Below the pieces are notes generated by a model. It did not search any database, was not told where the DNA came from, and saw only the letters and a list, made by a program, of their open reading frames with translations. A stretch of DNA of 52,886 bases from Kiritimatiellia bacterium (GTDB lineage Bacteria; Verrucomicrobiota; Kiritimatiellia; RFP12; JBMNHG01), in the NCBI GenBank assembly GCA_050950285.1, contig JBMNHG010000001.1, forward strand, positions 1 through 52,886. The letters are read 5' to 3'. How positions within the stretch are numbered: position 1 is the stretch's first letter; each line of letters begins with the position of its first letter. A program made the position numbers and the translations under genes. Below are positions 44,228-52,886 of the stretch, piece after piece.

Positions 44228-46330
44228 TTACTTGACGAGCGTCAGCGCGGCGACGACCGGCGCGAAGAGCGAGCTGACCAGCGACATGACCGTGATCAGG
44301 GTGTTGATCGAGGGACCGGCCGTGTCCTTGAAGGGATCGCCGACGGTATCGCCGACCACCGCCGCCTTGTGGGCATCGGAGCCGGGGCCGCCGTGGTGGC
44401 CGGCCTCGATGTACTTCTTGCCGTTGTCCCAGAGGCCGCCGGAGTTGGACATGAAGAGCGCGAAGATGACCCCCGTGAAGATCGAGCCGCCAAGGAAGCC
44501 GCCCAGCGCATCGGTACCCATCAGGAAACCGACGGCCAGCGGGACGATCACGGCGATGACGGCCGGCAGGATCAGCGACGTGAGCGCGCCGGAGGAGGCG
44601 ATCGAGACGCAGCGCGCGTAGTCGGGCAGCTCGGTGCCCTTGAGGATGCCCGGGCGGGCGCGGAACTGGGAGCGGATCTCCTCGATCATCACAAAGGCAT
44701 TCTTGGTGACCGCCAGCATCAGCAAGGCCGAGAAGACCGGCGGGCAGGTCGCCCCGAGTAGCACGCCGGCCAGCACGACGGGCTTTTGCAGGTCGATATC
44801 GAGCGGCACGCCCAGTCCCTCCAGCACCTCGCCGTAGGCGGCGAAGAGCGCCAGCACCGTGAGGGCCGCGGCGCTGATGGCGAAGCCCTTGGTGATCGCC
44901 TTGGCCGTGTTGCCGGCGGAGTCGAGCGTGTCGCAGCGCTCGACCACCTCGTGCCCCATCTCTGACATCTCCGCGATGCCCTTGGCGTTGTCGACGATCG
45001 GCCCGTAGGCGTCCGCCGAGACGATGACGCCGGTGATCGAGAGCATGCCGACGGCGGCGATGCCGATACCGTAGATGCCGCTGACGTCGTAGGCCTCGGC
45101 GGCGAAGTAGGCCGCCAGCGTGGCGCCGACGATGCCGAGGATGCTCGGAAGGATCGAGATCAGGCCGTAGCTGAGGCCGGTGATGATCGTGATGGCGGAG
45201 CCCGACTTGGACATCGCGGCCACCTGCTGCACGGGGCGGCGCTCGTCGTTGGTGAAGTAGTCGGTGCAGAAGCCGATCAGCACGGCGATCACCAGCCCCG
45301 AAAGCGTGGAGATCAGCACGCCGGTGTTGAAGCCGCCGGCGAAGTTGAGCAGCGTGGCCAGCACGGCGAAGATCACGCAGGTGATCACGGTGCCGTTGTT
45401 GAGGGCCGCGCCGGGCTTGCCGTCGCGGCCGACGCGCACGAACTGGATGCCGATGAAGCTCGCCAGCATGCCGACGGCACAGAGAATCAGCGGGAAGACG
45501 ACGTAGAAGCGCGGATCCCCGTCGCCCACCGCCGCCGTCTGGCCCACGCCGACGCCGAGGATCATGGCCGCCACGGCGGAAGCGACGTAGGAGTCGAAGA
45601 TATCGGCGCCCATGCCGGCCACGTCGCCGACGTTGTCGCCGACGTTGTCCGCGATCACGGCGGGGTTGCGCGGATCATCCTCGGGAATGCCGACCTCGAC
45701 CTTGCCGACCAGGTCGGCCGCGATGTCGGCCGTCTTGGTGAAGATGCCGCCGCCGGCCTTGGCCAGCAACGCCATGGCCGATGCGCCCAGCGAGAAGCCG
45801 AGGATCGTGTTGGGATCGTTTGTGAGCAGGTAGATGGCCGAGATGCCGATCACGGCGGTGCCGACCATGGCCAGGCCCAGCACGGCGCCCGCGTAGAAGG
45901 CCACGCGGAAGGCCGGGTTGAGCCCCAGCTTGGCCGCCACGGCCGAGCGCAGGTTGGCGCGCACGGCGATGCTCATGCCGAGGAAGCCGGCCAGCCCCGA
46001 GCAGGTCGCCCCGAGGACGAAGGCCAGCGCCGTCCAGACGCCCTCCCACGGATTGGCGGCGGGGACGAAGGCGCGTTCCGCCACCGAGCGGGTCATGTCG
46101 AGGCTGAAGACCAGGGCGATGACCACGCCCAGCACGGCCACCAGCACGCCCAGCGCCGTATACAGCTTGGTGAGATAGGCGCGTGCGCCCTCCTGGATGT
46201 AGCCGGCAATCGCCTGCTCGCGCTCGCCGCCGGCGTCCTGCCGGTTTACCCAGGCATAGAGCGCCAGCGCATACCCCAGAGAGACGACACCCAGGCCGAT
46301 GGCCAGAAAAAGCCACAGTGTGATGGACAT
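44228..46330 (-). CDS. hppA: Membrane-bound ion-translocating pyrophosphatase, K+-independent signature
   Basis: GGGIFTKTADIAADLVGKVEVGIPEDDPRNPAVIADNVGDNVGDVAG; DSAGNTAKA (Lys at the K+-dependence position); GDTVGDPFKDTAGP. Confidence 0.95.
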   Translation of the reverse strand: MSITLWLFLAIGLGVVSLGYALALYAWVNRQDAGGEREQAIAGYIQEGARAYLTKLYTALGVLVAVLGVVIALVFSLDMTRSVAERAFVPAANPWEGVWTALAFVLGATCSGLAGFLGMSIAVRANLRSAVAAKLGLNPAFRVAFYAGAVLGLAMVGTAVIGISAIYLLTNDPNTILGFSLGASAMALLAKAGGGIFTKTADIAADLVGKVEVGIPEDDPRNPAVIADNVGDNVGDVAGMGADIFDSYVASAVAAMILGVGVGQTAAVGDGDPRFYVVFPLILCAVGMLASFIGIQFVRVGRDGKPGAALNNGTVITCVIFAVLATLLNFAGGFNTGVLISTLSGLVIAVLIGFCTDYFTNDERRPVQQVAAMSKSGSAITIITGLSYGLISILPSILGIVGATLAAYFAAEAYDVSGIYGIGIAAVGMLSITGVIVSADAYGPIVDNAKGIAEMSEMGHEVVERCDTLDSAGNTAKAITKGFAISAAALTVLALFAAYGEVLEGLGVPLDIDLQKPVVLAGVLLGATCPPVFSALLMLAVTKNAFVMIEEIRSQFRARPGILKGTELPDYARCVSIASSGALTSLILPAVIAVIVPLAVGFLMGTDALGGFLGGSIFTGVIFALFMSNSGGLWDNGKKYIEAGHHGGPGSDAHKAAVVGDTVGDPFKDTAGPSINTLITVMSLVSSLFAPVVAALTLVK

Positions 46331-46685
46331 AACGCGACCTGCATCTGTTGCCGCCAGAAGGCTGTCTTTGCCTGGTAACCGTGCAAGCGGAGCCCACTCC
46401 GCACGCCGGTATCCGGCAAGCCCCCTGAAGCTGGAGCAACGTGAGAGAAATTATCGTCAACCCCGCCGACAAGACAAGCTCAAAACGCATGCGGCAACGG
46501 GGGCGGTTCGCGGTTGATCCGGTCGCTCTGGCTTTGTACAATGCCATGCATCGCGTTGGGGATGACGGATTGCGCCGTCATCGCCTACGGGATAGCCTGT
46601 GGGCTCTGTGAATCGTTTTGGACACGATGCGGCCTGCGTAGAAAACGACAGGGGCAGGTTGAATGATGCGGCAAGGACATCAGGG

Positions 46686-48387
46686 ATGAACCCAGTTATC
46701 GACTCGCCATCAAGGTTGGCCCAAACGCTTCTGGCGGCATGGGGACTTTGTGTGCTCCTGCAGCTCCATCGGATGCGGCCGGCATCACGGGACGGGCGAC
46801 CGGACCGGATGGCACGACGCCCCTCGAGGGGGTTCATGTCACCGCCTACCAGTGGAGCAGGGGCGGTGTAGGGAGTTGGGCTTGGGTGAGCTCCACGATT
46901 ACGGATGTGAACGGCGACTACGACCTTGTGGGGCTGTCTGCCGGGACCTACCGGATCGGGTTCGCGGATGATTCGTCTGTTCACGCTGTCGAGTATTTCA
47001 ACAACGTTCTGTCTCTTGATGACGCCACGGATATTCCGGTAGCCGAGGACGAAGTGGTCTCCGGCATCGACGCCTCGCTGGCGCCGCGTCCCATGTCGCG
47101 GGGCGGGTGACGGGGCCCGACGGCACGCCCCTGGCGAATGTCTGTGTCACCGCCTACCAAATGGACGAGATCTCGTGTATGTATGAGATTTCGGTGGATT
47201 CAGCGTTTACCGACGCGAACGGCGACTACGACCTTGGGGGCTGTCTGCCGGACCTACCGGATCGGGTTCGTGCTTCTTCCGATTACATCAGCGAGTATTA
47301 CGACGACGTTCCATCGGTTGACGAGGCCACGGACATTCCGGTAGCTGCGGGCGCGACGGTCTCCGGCATCGACGCCTCGCTGGCCGTCGCATCCCGCATC
47401 ACGGGGCGTGTGACCGACTTCGACGGCATGCCATTCCGTGTGAGCGTCTGTGTCATCGCCCATCGGTGGGATGAGGAGACGGGGGATTGGGCTCATGTGA
47501 GCGAGACGTTTGTCGACGCCGATGGCTGCTATGATCTCAAGGTCTCGCCTGCTGGAATCTACCGGGTTGGCTTTAACGGTTTTCCTGCCGAGAATCTCGA
47601 CTATATCGACAGCTTTTACAGCAACGCCCGATCGCTTGATGAGGCAACGGACCTTGCGGTGGGCGAGGGCGAAGTCGTCTCCGGGATCAATGCCTCGTTC
47701 GCGTCCCAACCCTGTATCAAGGGGCGGGTGACCGGCCCTGGCGGCACCACGTCCCTAAGGCAGGTCTATGTCACCGCCTACCTATTCTGCGGACCAGGCA
47801 AGTGGATCGGTGCAAGTTCAGTGTATACGGACGCAAACGGCGAGTACGAGCTTTGGGGTTTGGCTGCCGGAACGTACCGGATCGGGTTCCGCGATCATAG
47901 GGCTGGCCACATGGGGGAGTACTACGACAACGTCCAGGCGATTGACGAGGCGATGGATATTACGGTAGCCATAGGCGAAACGATTGCCGAATCGACGCCT
48001 CGCTGTCCATTCCCGCCACGCACACGTCCAACGACGCCCGTGCCGGTGCCCTTCGCATGGCTCGACGGCTATCCCTCGTTGATGGCGTCCGCCGGAGGCG
48101 ACTACGAGACGGCGGCATGGATGGCGAACGGCAAATGCGACGGTGCCGGCAATGCGCTGGCCGTCTGGCAGGACTATGTCGCCGGGACGTGCCCGACGAA
48201 TCCCGCTTCGCGTTTCCGCTGCATCATCGAGATGCGGCAGGGTGCGCCGGTGCTGCGTTGGGAGCCCGATCTGGGAGATGGTCGCATCTACACCCTCTGG
48301 GGGCGGCCGAGCCTGCTGGAGGGCGACTGGGCCACCCCGACCAACGCGGCCTCGCGCTTCTTCCGCGTCAAGGTCTCGATGCCCTGA
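46686..48387 (+). pseudogene. Secreted protein with four carboxypeptidase-regulatory-like (Ig/prealbumin) repeats and a C-terminal FFRV domain; frameshifted
   Basis: About 100-aa repeats ITGRVTGPDG..V.VTAY...TDANGDYDL.GL.AGTYRIGF...EYY....DEATDI.V....VSGIDASLA; frame changes near 46760, 47090, 47240-47270 and 47990; ends ASRFFRVKVSMP. Confidence 0.75.
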
Positions 48388-48587
48388 TCCGCTTGAAGCG
48401 ATCCGATGTGGCAAGGCGGGCCCTGCGGCGGTGCGCGTTGCGATGCGGCGCCGTAGGGCTCGATGGCTTCCTGCGACAAAACGCGGTTGCATGCGAGGAA
48501 GAAAACGTGCCACAATCGGTGGAACCGGAATTTCCGGGCCCGCGTGCGGAGGCGCGCCGCGCCCGATGCCGCATCAGGATGTCGTTT

Positions 48588-49676
48588 ATGAGCCCGATGA
48601 CCCACAAGGAACGTTTGCTTGCCGTTCTCGACCGCCAGGAAGTGGATGCGCTGCCCTGTTGGGACAGTCTTTGGGGAGAGACCTCCGACCGCTATGTCCG
48701 CGAGGGACACATGAACCCCGGCGAAGACTACATCCAGCACTTCGACCTCAGTTTCCGCACCGGCGGCTGGCCGAACAGCACCATCGACCTCGACTACGAG
48801 CCCGTGGTGGTGGAGGAGACCGACGAAACCATCGTCCGCCTCGACGGGAACGGCGCCCAGCTTCGCTTCTGGAAGGGCAAGTCCGGCACGCCCGAGCACG
48901 TGGCCTTCACGATCCAGGACGCCTCCGGATGGGAGCCGGTGCGGCACAAGTTGCTCGGCATGGACCGTCGCCGCATCCCCTTCGAAAGCTACCGCCGGAT
49001 GAAGGCCCTCGCGAAGGCGGAGGAACGAGCGGCCATCTGGGCCGGCGTGGGCCCCTTCGAGCAGATGCATCCGGTCTGCGGCCACGAGAACATGCTTGTG
49101 GGCATGGCGCTCGAACCCGATTGGATCCGGGACATGGTGGAGGTCTACACCGACCTCACCCTCCGGCACCTCACCCTCCTCTTCGCCGAGGAGGGAAAGC
49201 CCGACGTGATGTGGTTCTACGAGGACATGGGCTTCAAGCAGCGTCCCTTCATGTCTCCCGAGATGTACGGCGACCTCGTCCAGCCCGGCCACAAGAAGCT
49301 CTTCGACTTCGCCCACAACCTCGGCCTCAAGGTGATTGTCCATTCCTGCGGCTTCGTGGAGCCGCTTGTGCCGGGCCTGATCGAGGCGGGCATGGATTGC
49401 CTGCAGGCGATGGAGGTGAAGGCGGGCATGGACCTCGTGCATCTCGGCGAACGCTTCGGCAGCCAGATTGCCTTCTGCGGCGGCGTGGACATCCGCGAGA
49501 TCGCCTCGAACGACCGCGACCGGATCGACGCCGAGCTCGAGCGCCGCGTCGCGCCCGTCCTGCGCGCCGGCGGCGGCTACATCCTGCATTCCGACCATTC
49601 GATTCCGCCGGAGGTCGACCACGATTCGCTGGTCTACTTCTTCAATCATGGCCGCACCCTCAACCGTCGCGTGTAA
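48588..49676 (+). CDS. Uroporphyrinogen decarboxylase-like (URO-D/MtaA-CmuA) family protein
   Basis: MTHKERLLAVL, FYEDMG, MSPEMY, VIVHSCG, FCGGVD, GGGYILHSDHSIPP; exact start uncertain (48579, 48588 or 48597). Confidence 0.88.
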   Translation: MSPMTHKERLLAVLDRQEVDALPCWDSLWGETSDRYVREGHMNPGEDYIQHFDLSFRTGGWPNSTIDLDYEPVVVEETDETIVRLDGNGAQLRFWKGKSGTPEHVAFTIQDASGWEPVRHKLLGMDRRRIPFESYRRMKALAKAEERAAIWAGVGPFEQMHPVCGHENMLVGMALEPDWIRDMVEVYTDLTLRHLTLLFAEEGKPDVMWFYEDMGFKQRPFMSPEMYGDLVQPGHKKLFDFAHNLGLKVIVHSCGFVEPLVPGLIEAGMDCLQAMEVKAGMDLVHLGERFGSQIAFCGGVDIREIASNDRDRIDAELERRVAPVLRAGGGYILHSDHSIPPEVDHDSLVYFFNHGRTLNRRV

Positions 49677-49680
49677 CGAG

Positions 49681-49710
49681 TGAACTGAACTGGACTGAAC
49701 TGAACTGGAC
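49681..49710. repeat. Pentamer tandem repeat (TGRAC) x6, equal to two copies of TGAACTGAACTGGAC
   Basis: Directly precedes the AAGGAG SD of the cstA-like gene. Confidence 0.9.
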
Positions 49711-49724
49711 GAAGGAGAGACTCC

Positions 49725-51245
49725 ATGATCGAATTCCTCGGGGGCATCGCATTCCTGATTCTCGGATATTTCACCTACGGGAAGTGGGTGGAACGGATGG
49801 TGGGCCCGGACGATCGGAAGACGCCTGCGCTCGCGAATGCCGGACGGGGTCGACTACGTGCCCCTCCCGAAGTGGAAGAACCAGCTCATCCAACTTCTCA
49901 ACATCGCGGGCGTCGGGCCGGTGATCGGCGTGATCGCGGGAATCAAGTTCGGCAAGATCGCGCTGCTCATCATCCCGGTCGGATGCGTCTTCATGGGCGC
50001 CGTCCACGATTTTCTCGGCGGGATGCTCTCCATCCGCATGAACGGCGCGAACCTTCCCGCCATGATCCGCAAGTATCTCGGGCGCGGCTACGCGTCCGTC
50101 TTTTCCGGATTCATGGTGATCCTGCTGCTGCTCGTCGTCGCGGTGTTCATCAATGTCCCGGCGAATCTCATCGACCAGACCTGGCTTCCGGACATCCCCT
50201 TCTTCTGGTGGGCGGTTCTGGCCATCTTCGTGTACTACGTCGTCGCCACTCTTTTCCCGGTGGACAAGATCATCGGCGCCATCTACCCCTTTTTCGGCGC
50301 CGTGCTGATGATCGGGTCGGGTGCGCCTTGCGGTGATGCTGACGGATTTCCGCCTTCCGGAACCCCGCCCTGCTTTCCGAATCCGCCGCCTTCCTCGACT
50401 ATCGGGCAACTGTCTTCGACGCCGACGGGCGGAGCCCGGTCTTCCCGCTGCTTTTCGTCACCATCGCCTGCGGCATCATCTCCGGATTCCACGCCACGCA
50501 GTCGCCCATCGTCGCCCGCACGATACAGTCCGAGCGCGAGGCCCGCGCGACCTTCTACGGCATGATGATCGCCGAGGGCGTGATCGCCATGATTTGGGCG
50601 GCGGCAGCCCTGGCGATGTACAACCTTGCTCCGGAAAACCTCCACCTCGCCCCCGCCGAGGTCCTTGGCGAGATCACCCGGCACTTCCTCGGGCCATGGA
50701 TGGGAGGGGTGACCGTCCTGGGCGTGGTGGTTCTCGCCATCACCAGCGGGGACACGGCGTTGCGCTCGACCCGCCTCTCGCTCTCCGAGATGCTGCACGT
50801 GCCGCAGGCGAAGTTCTCCGCGCGCCTTTCCATCACGCTGCCGCTCATGGTTGTCGTCTCCGCCCTCCTCTGGTGGTCGAACCAAAGCGCGAAGAGCTTC
50901 AGCCATCTTTGGAACTACTTCGCCTGGGGCAACCAGGTGCTCTCCGCCTCCACGCTCATGGCCTGCACGGTCTGGATGCTTTCGGAGGGCCGGAAGGCCG
51001 CCGCGACCGCCGCGCTGATTCCGGGAATGTTCATGACGAGCGTCGTCGCCTGCTTCATCCTCTGGACCTCGTCGGACAAGGGTCAGCCCGTGGGGCTCGT
51101 CCCGGGCGGCATGCCGCTTCCGGCCGCCATCGGCGTCGCCGTCGTGGTCGCCTTCGTCTTCGCGGCCTACGTCTTCCGGCGCGGGAGGGGCATGGCGTCG
51201 GACGCCGGGGGGACGCCACCATCCATTTGCCCGCCCGAACCATGA
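49725..51245 (+). pseudogene. cstA: Carbon starvation protein A (CstA) family transporter, frameshifted
   Basis: TPA..DGVDYVP, IQLLNIAGVGP, GAVHDF, FVTIACGIISGFHATQSP, FYGMMIAEG, ITSGDTA, LWNYFAWGNQ across frames; shifts near 49835 and 50320-50440. Confidence 0.85.
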
Positions 51246-52138
51246 CCGCATCCGCTTCCACGTCCTCCGGGTCCATCCTGATCATCGCCGGAACCGGCGT
51301 CTACCCGATGCTCACCGCCCAAGGGGCGCGTGCGGCGGGGGTGAAGCGCATTGTCGTGCTCGCGTTGCGCGGGCAGAGCCGCCGCTCCATCGCGCGCCAT
51401 GCCGACGTCGTCCGCTGGTTCGGGGTGGGGGAGGTGCGCCGTGCGCTGGAGTGGGGGGAGTCGACCGGCATCCGCGACGTCATCCTCGCGGGGCAGGTCA
51501 CGCCGACCGCCCTCTTCTGCACCCGCTTCGACGACCTGGGGCGTTCGATCCTCGACTCCCTCCGCACGAAAAACGCCCATTCGATCTTCGGCGCCCTCGC
51601 GTCGCTGATCGCGGAGAGAGGCATGCGGGTGATCCCCGCCTCGTGCTACCTGGATTGCTGCCTGTCCGAGCCGGGCGTGCTCACCACCCGCGCCCCCGAC
51701 GCCCGCGAACAGGCGGACATCGATCGCGCCCACGCAGTGGCCCTCTCCATCGGCGAGCACGACATCGGGCAGACGCTCGTGATCAAAGACGGCATGATCC
51801 TCGCCGTCGAAGCCTTCGAGGGGACGGACGCCGCCATCCGCCGCGCCAGGAAGATCGGCGGGCGCGGCGCCGTGGTGGTGAAGGTCGCGCGCATCGGCCA
51901 CGACATGCGCTTCGACATCCCCGTCATCGGTGCGAAGACCCTCGCCGTGATCCGCAAGGCGGGCGTCACCGCCCTGGCCTTCCAGGCGCGCCGCACCATC
52001 TTCCTCGACCGCGAGAAGGTGATTGCCGGCGCCAACCGGTCCGGCATCGCCCTGGTCGCCCTCGACGATTCTCAATTCCCGCCGGCCCCGCTCCGGCCCG
52101 AACCCGAACCCACCCCCAACCCCGAGACCATGCCATGA
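51242..52138 (+). CDS. lpxI: UDP-2,3-diacylglucosamine diphosphatase LpxI (DUF1009)
   Basis: IIAGTGVYP, DIGQTLV, AVEAFEGTDAAIRR, DMRFDIPVIG. Confidence 0.9.
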   Translation: MTASASTSSGSILIIAGTGVYPMLTAQGARAAGVKRIVVLALRGQSRRSIARHADVVRWFGVGEVRRALEWGESTGIRDVILAGQVTPTALFCTRFDDLGRSILDSLRTKNAHSIFGALASLIAERGMRVIPASCYLDCCLSEPGVLTTRAPDAREQADIDRAHAVALSIGEHDIGQTLVIKDGMILAVEAFEGTDAAIRRARKIGGRGAVVVKVARIGHDMRFDIPVIGAKTLAVIRKAGVTALAFQARRTIFLDREKVIAGANRSGIALVALDDSQFPPAPLRPEPEPTPNPETMP

Positions 52139-52776
52139 AGACCTTCCTTGCCGCCTCCCTCCTCGCCGCCGTCACCGCGTCGTCCGTCGCCGCCGAACCG
52201 CCCGCCGACATCGAACTGCCCGCGCCCCTCCGCCAGGGCGGCATGCCGCTTTTGGACGCCCTGCACGCCCGCCGGTCCGTCCGCGACTTCGACGAGACGA
52301 AGGAGATCCCCCTCCAGACGCTCTCCGATTTGCTGTGGGCCACGTGTGGCGTCAACCGCCCCGATTCGGGCCGTCGCACGAATCCCACCGCCCGCAACTT
52401 CCAGGAAATCGACGTCTACGTGGTTCTCCCCGGAGGCACCTATCGGTACGACGCCGCCGCGCACAAGCTCGTGGGCAAAGTCGCCGGCGACCTTCGGGCG
52501 AAGACGGGCATGCAACCCTTCGCCGCCACCGCGCCGCTGAACCTGGTGTTCGTCTCGGAGACCGCCCGCATGCAGGGCGACGCCGAAAGCAAGTCGTTCT
52601 ACTCCGCCACCGACGCCGGCTTCGCGAGCCAGAACGCCTATCTTTTCTGCGCCTCCGCCGGACTCGGAACCGTCGTGCGCGGCGCCATCGACCGCGACGC
52701 CATCGCCCGCGCCTTCGGGCTTCCCGGCACCTGCAAGGTCATCCTCGCGCAGTCCATCGGTTTCCCGAAGGAGTGA
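52135..52776 (+). CDS. Nitroreductase (SagB/ThcOx-like) family protein with signal peptide
   Basis: IELPAP...GGMPLLDALHARRSVRDF, LSDLLWA, RTNPTARN, QNAYLFCASAGLGTVVRG. Confidence 0.88.
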   Translation: MKTFLAASLLAAVTASSVAAEPPADIELPAPLRQGGMPLLDALHARRSVRDFDETKEIPLQTLSDLLWATCGVNRPDSGRRTNPTARNFQEIDVYVVLPGGTYRYDAAAHKLVGKVAGDLRAKTGMQPFAATAPLNLVFVSETARMQGDAESKSFYSATDAGFASQNAYLFCASAGLGTVVRGAIDRDAIARAFGLPGTCKVILAQSIGFPKE

Positions 52777-52886
52777 TTCCGGCGCTTCCGTCCGCTCCGT
52801 CCGCGTTGCGCTTCGGGCTGGCGGAGCGCGGTGCCGATGCGCTCGAGCGGGTCCGGCGGGCGGCGCCGCCGGGCGAACCGGCGAGT

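Noticed and set aside
52135..52776. SagB/ThcOx-like protein as evidence of a RiPP cluster
   Set aside because: Stand-alone nitroreductase with a signal peptide; no YcaO or precursor peptide in the window.

Overview
High-GC window from a Gram-negative bacterium. A PVC-superphylum origin (Kiritimatiellia/Lentisphaeria-like) is an inference from LpxI, WaaA, the many carbohydrate enzymes and the C-terminal motifs of the secreted proteins. Housekeeping loci: xerD/xerC-type recombinase, waaA, rpoZ, smpB, tmRNA, murJ, family-4 UDG, tsaE, tRNA-Ser(GGA), lpxI and radC. Carbohydrate genes: a large GH2, uxaC, a SASA esterase, a GH31, a Gfo/Idh/MocA oxidoreductase and a URO-D-like protein. Accessory content: a MarR-TolC-MFP-RND efflux cluster plus a GT90 gene beside the tmRNA 3' end, a complete Mutator-like IS (ISKra4/ISLre2 type) with TIRs, a 9-bp target duplication and an A9 frameshift site, a K+-independent membrane pyrophosphatase operon, and a repeat-rich surface protein. 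The most unusual items are an MscS mechanosensitive channel fused to a C-terminal ParB/Srx-like domain, a ribokinase-CE7 esterase fusion directly downstream of it, and an HU-like dimerisation core fused to two zinc ribbons. Also notable are two MarR paralogues with homologous promoter/operators, IS insertion just upstream of a tRNA promoter, several leaderless-type promoters and three short intergenic tandem repeats. Frameshifts clustered at 26-31 kb and 46.7-50.5 kb may be sequencing errors. No CRISPR array was seen. All family assignments are by eye from motifs; no searches were run.
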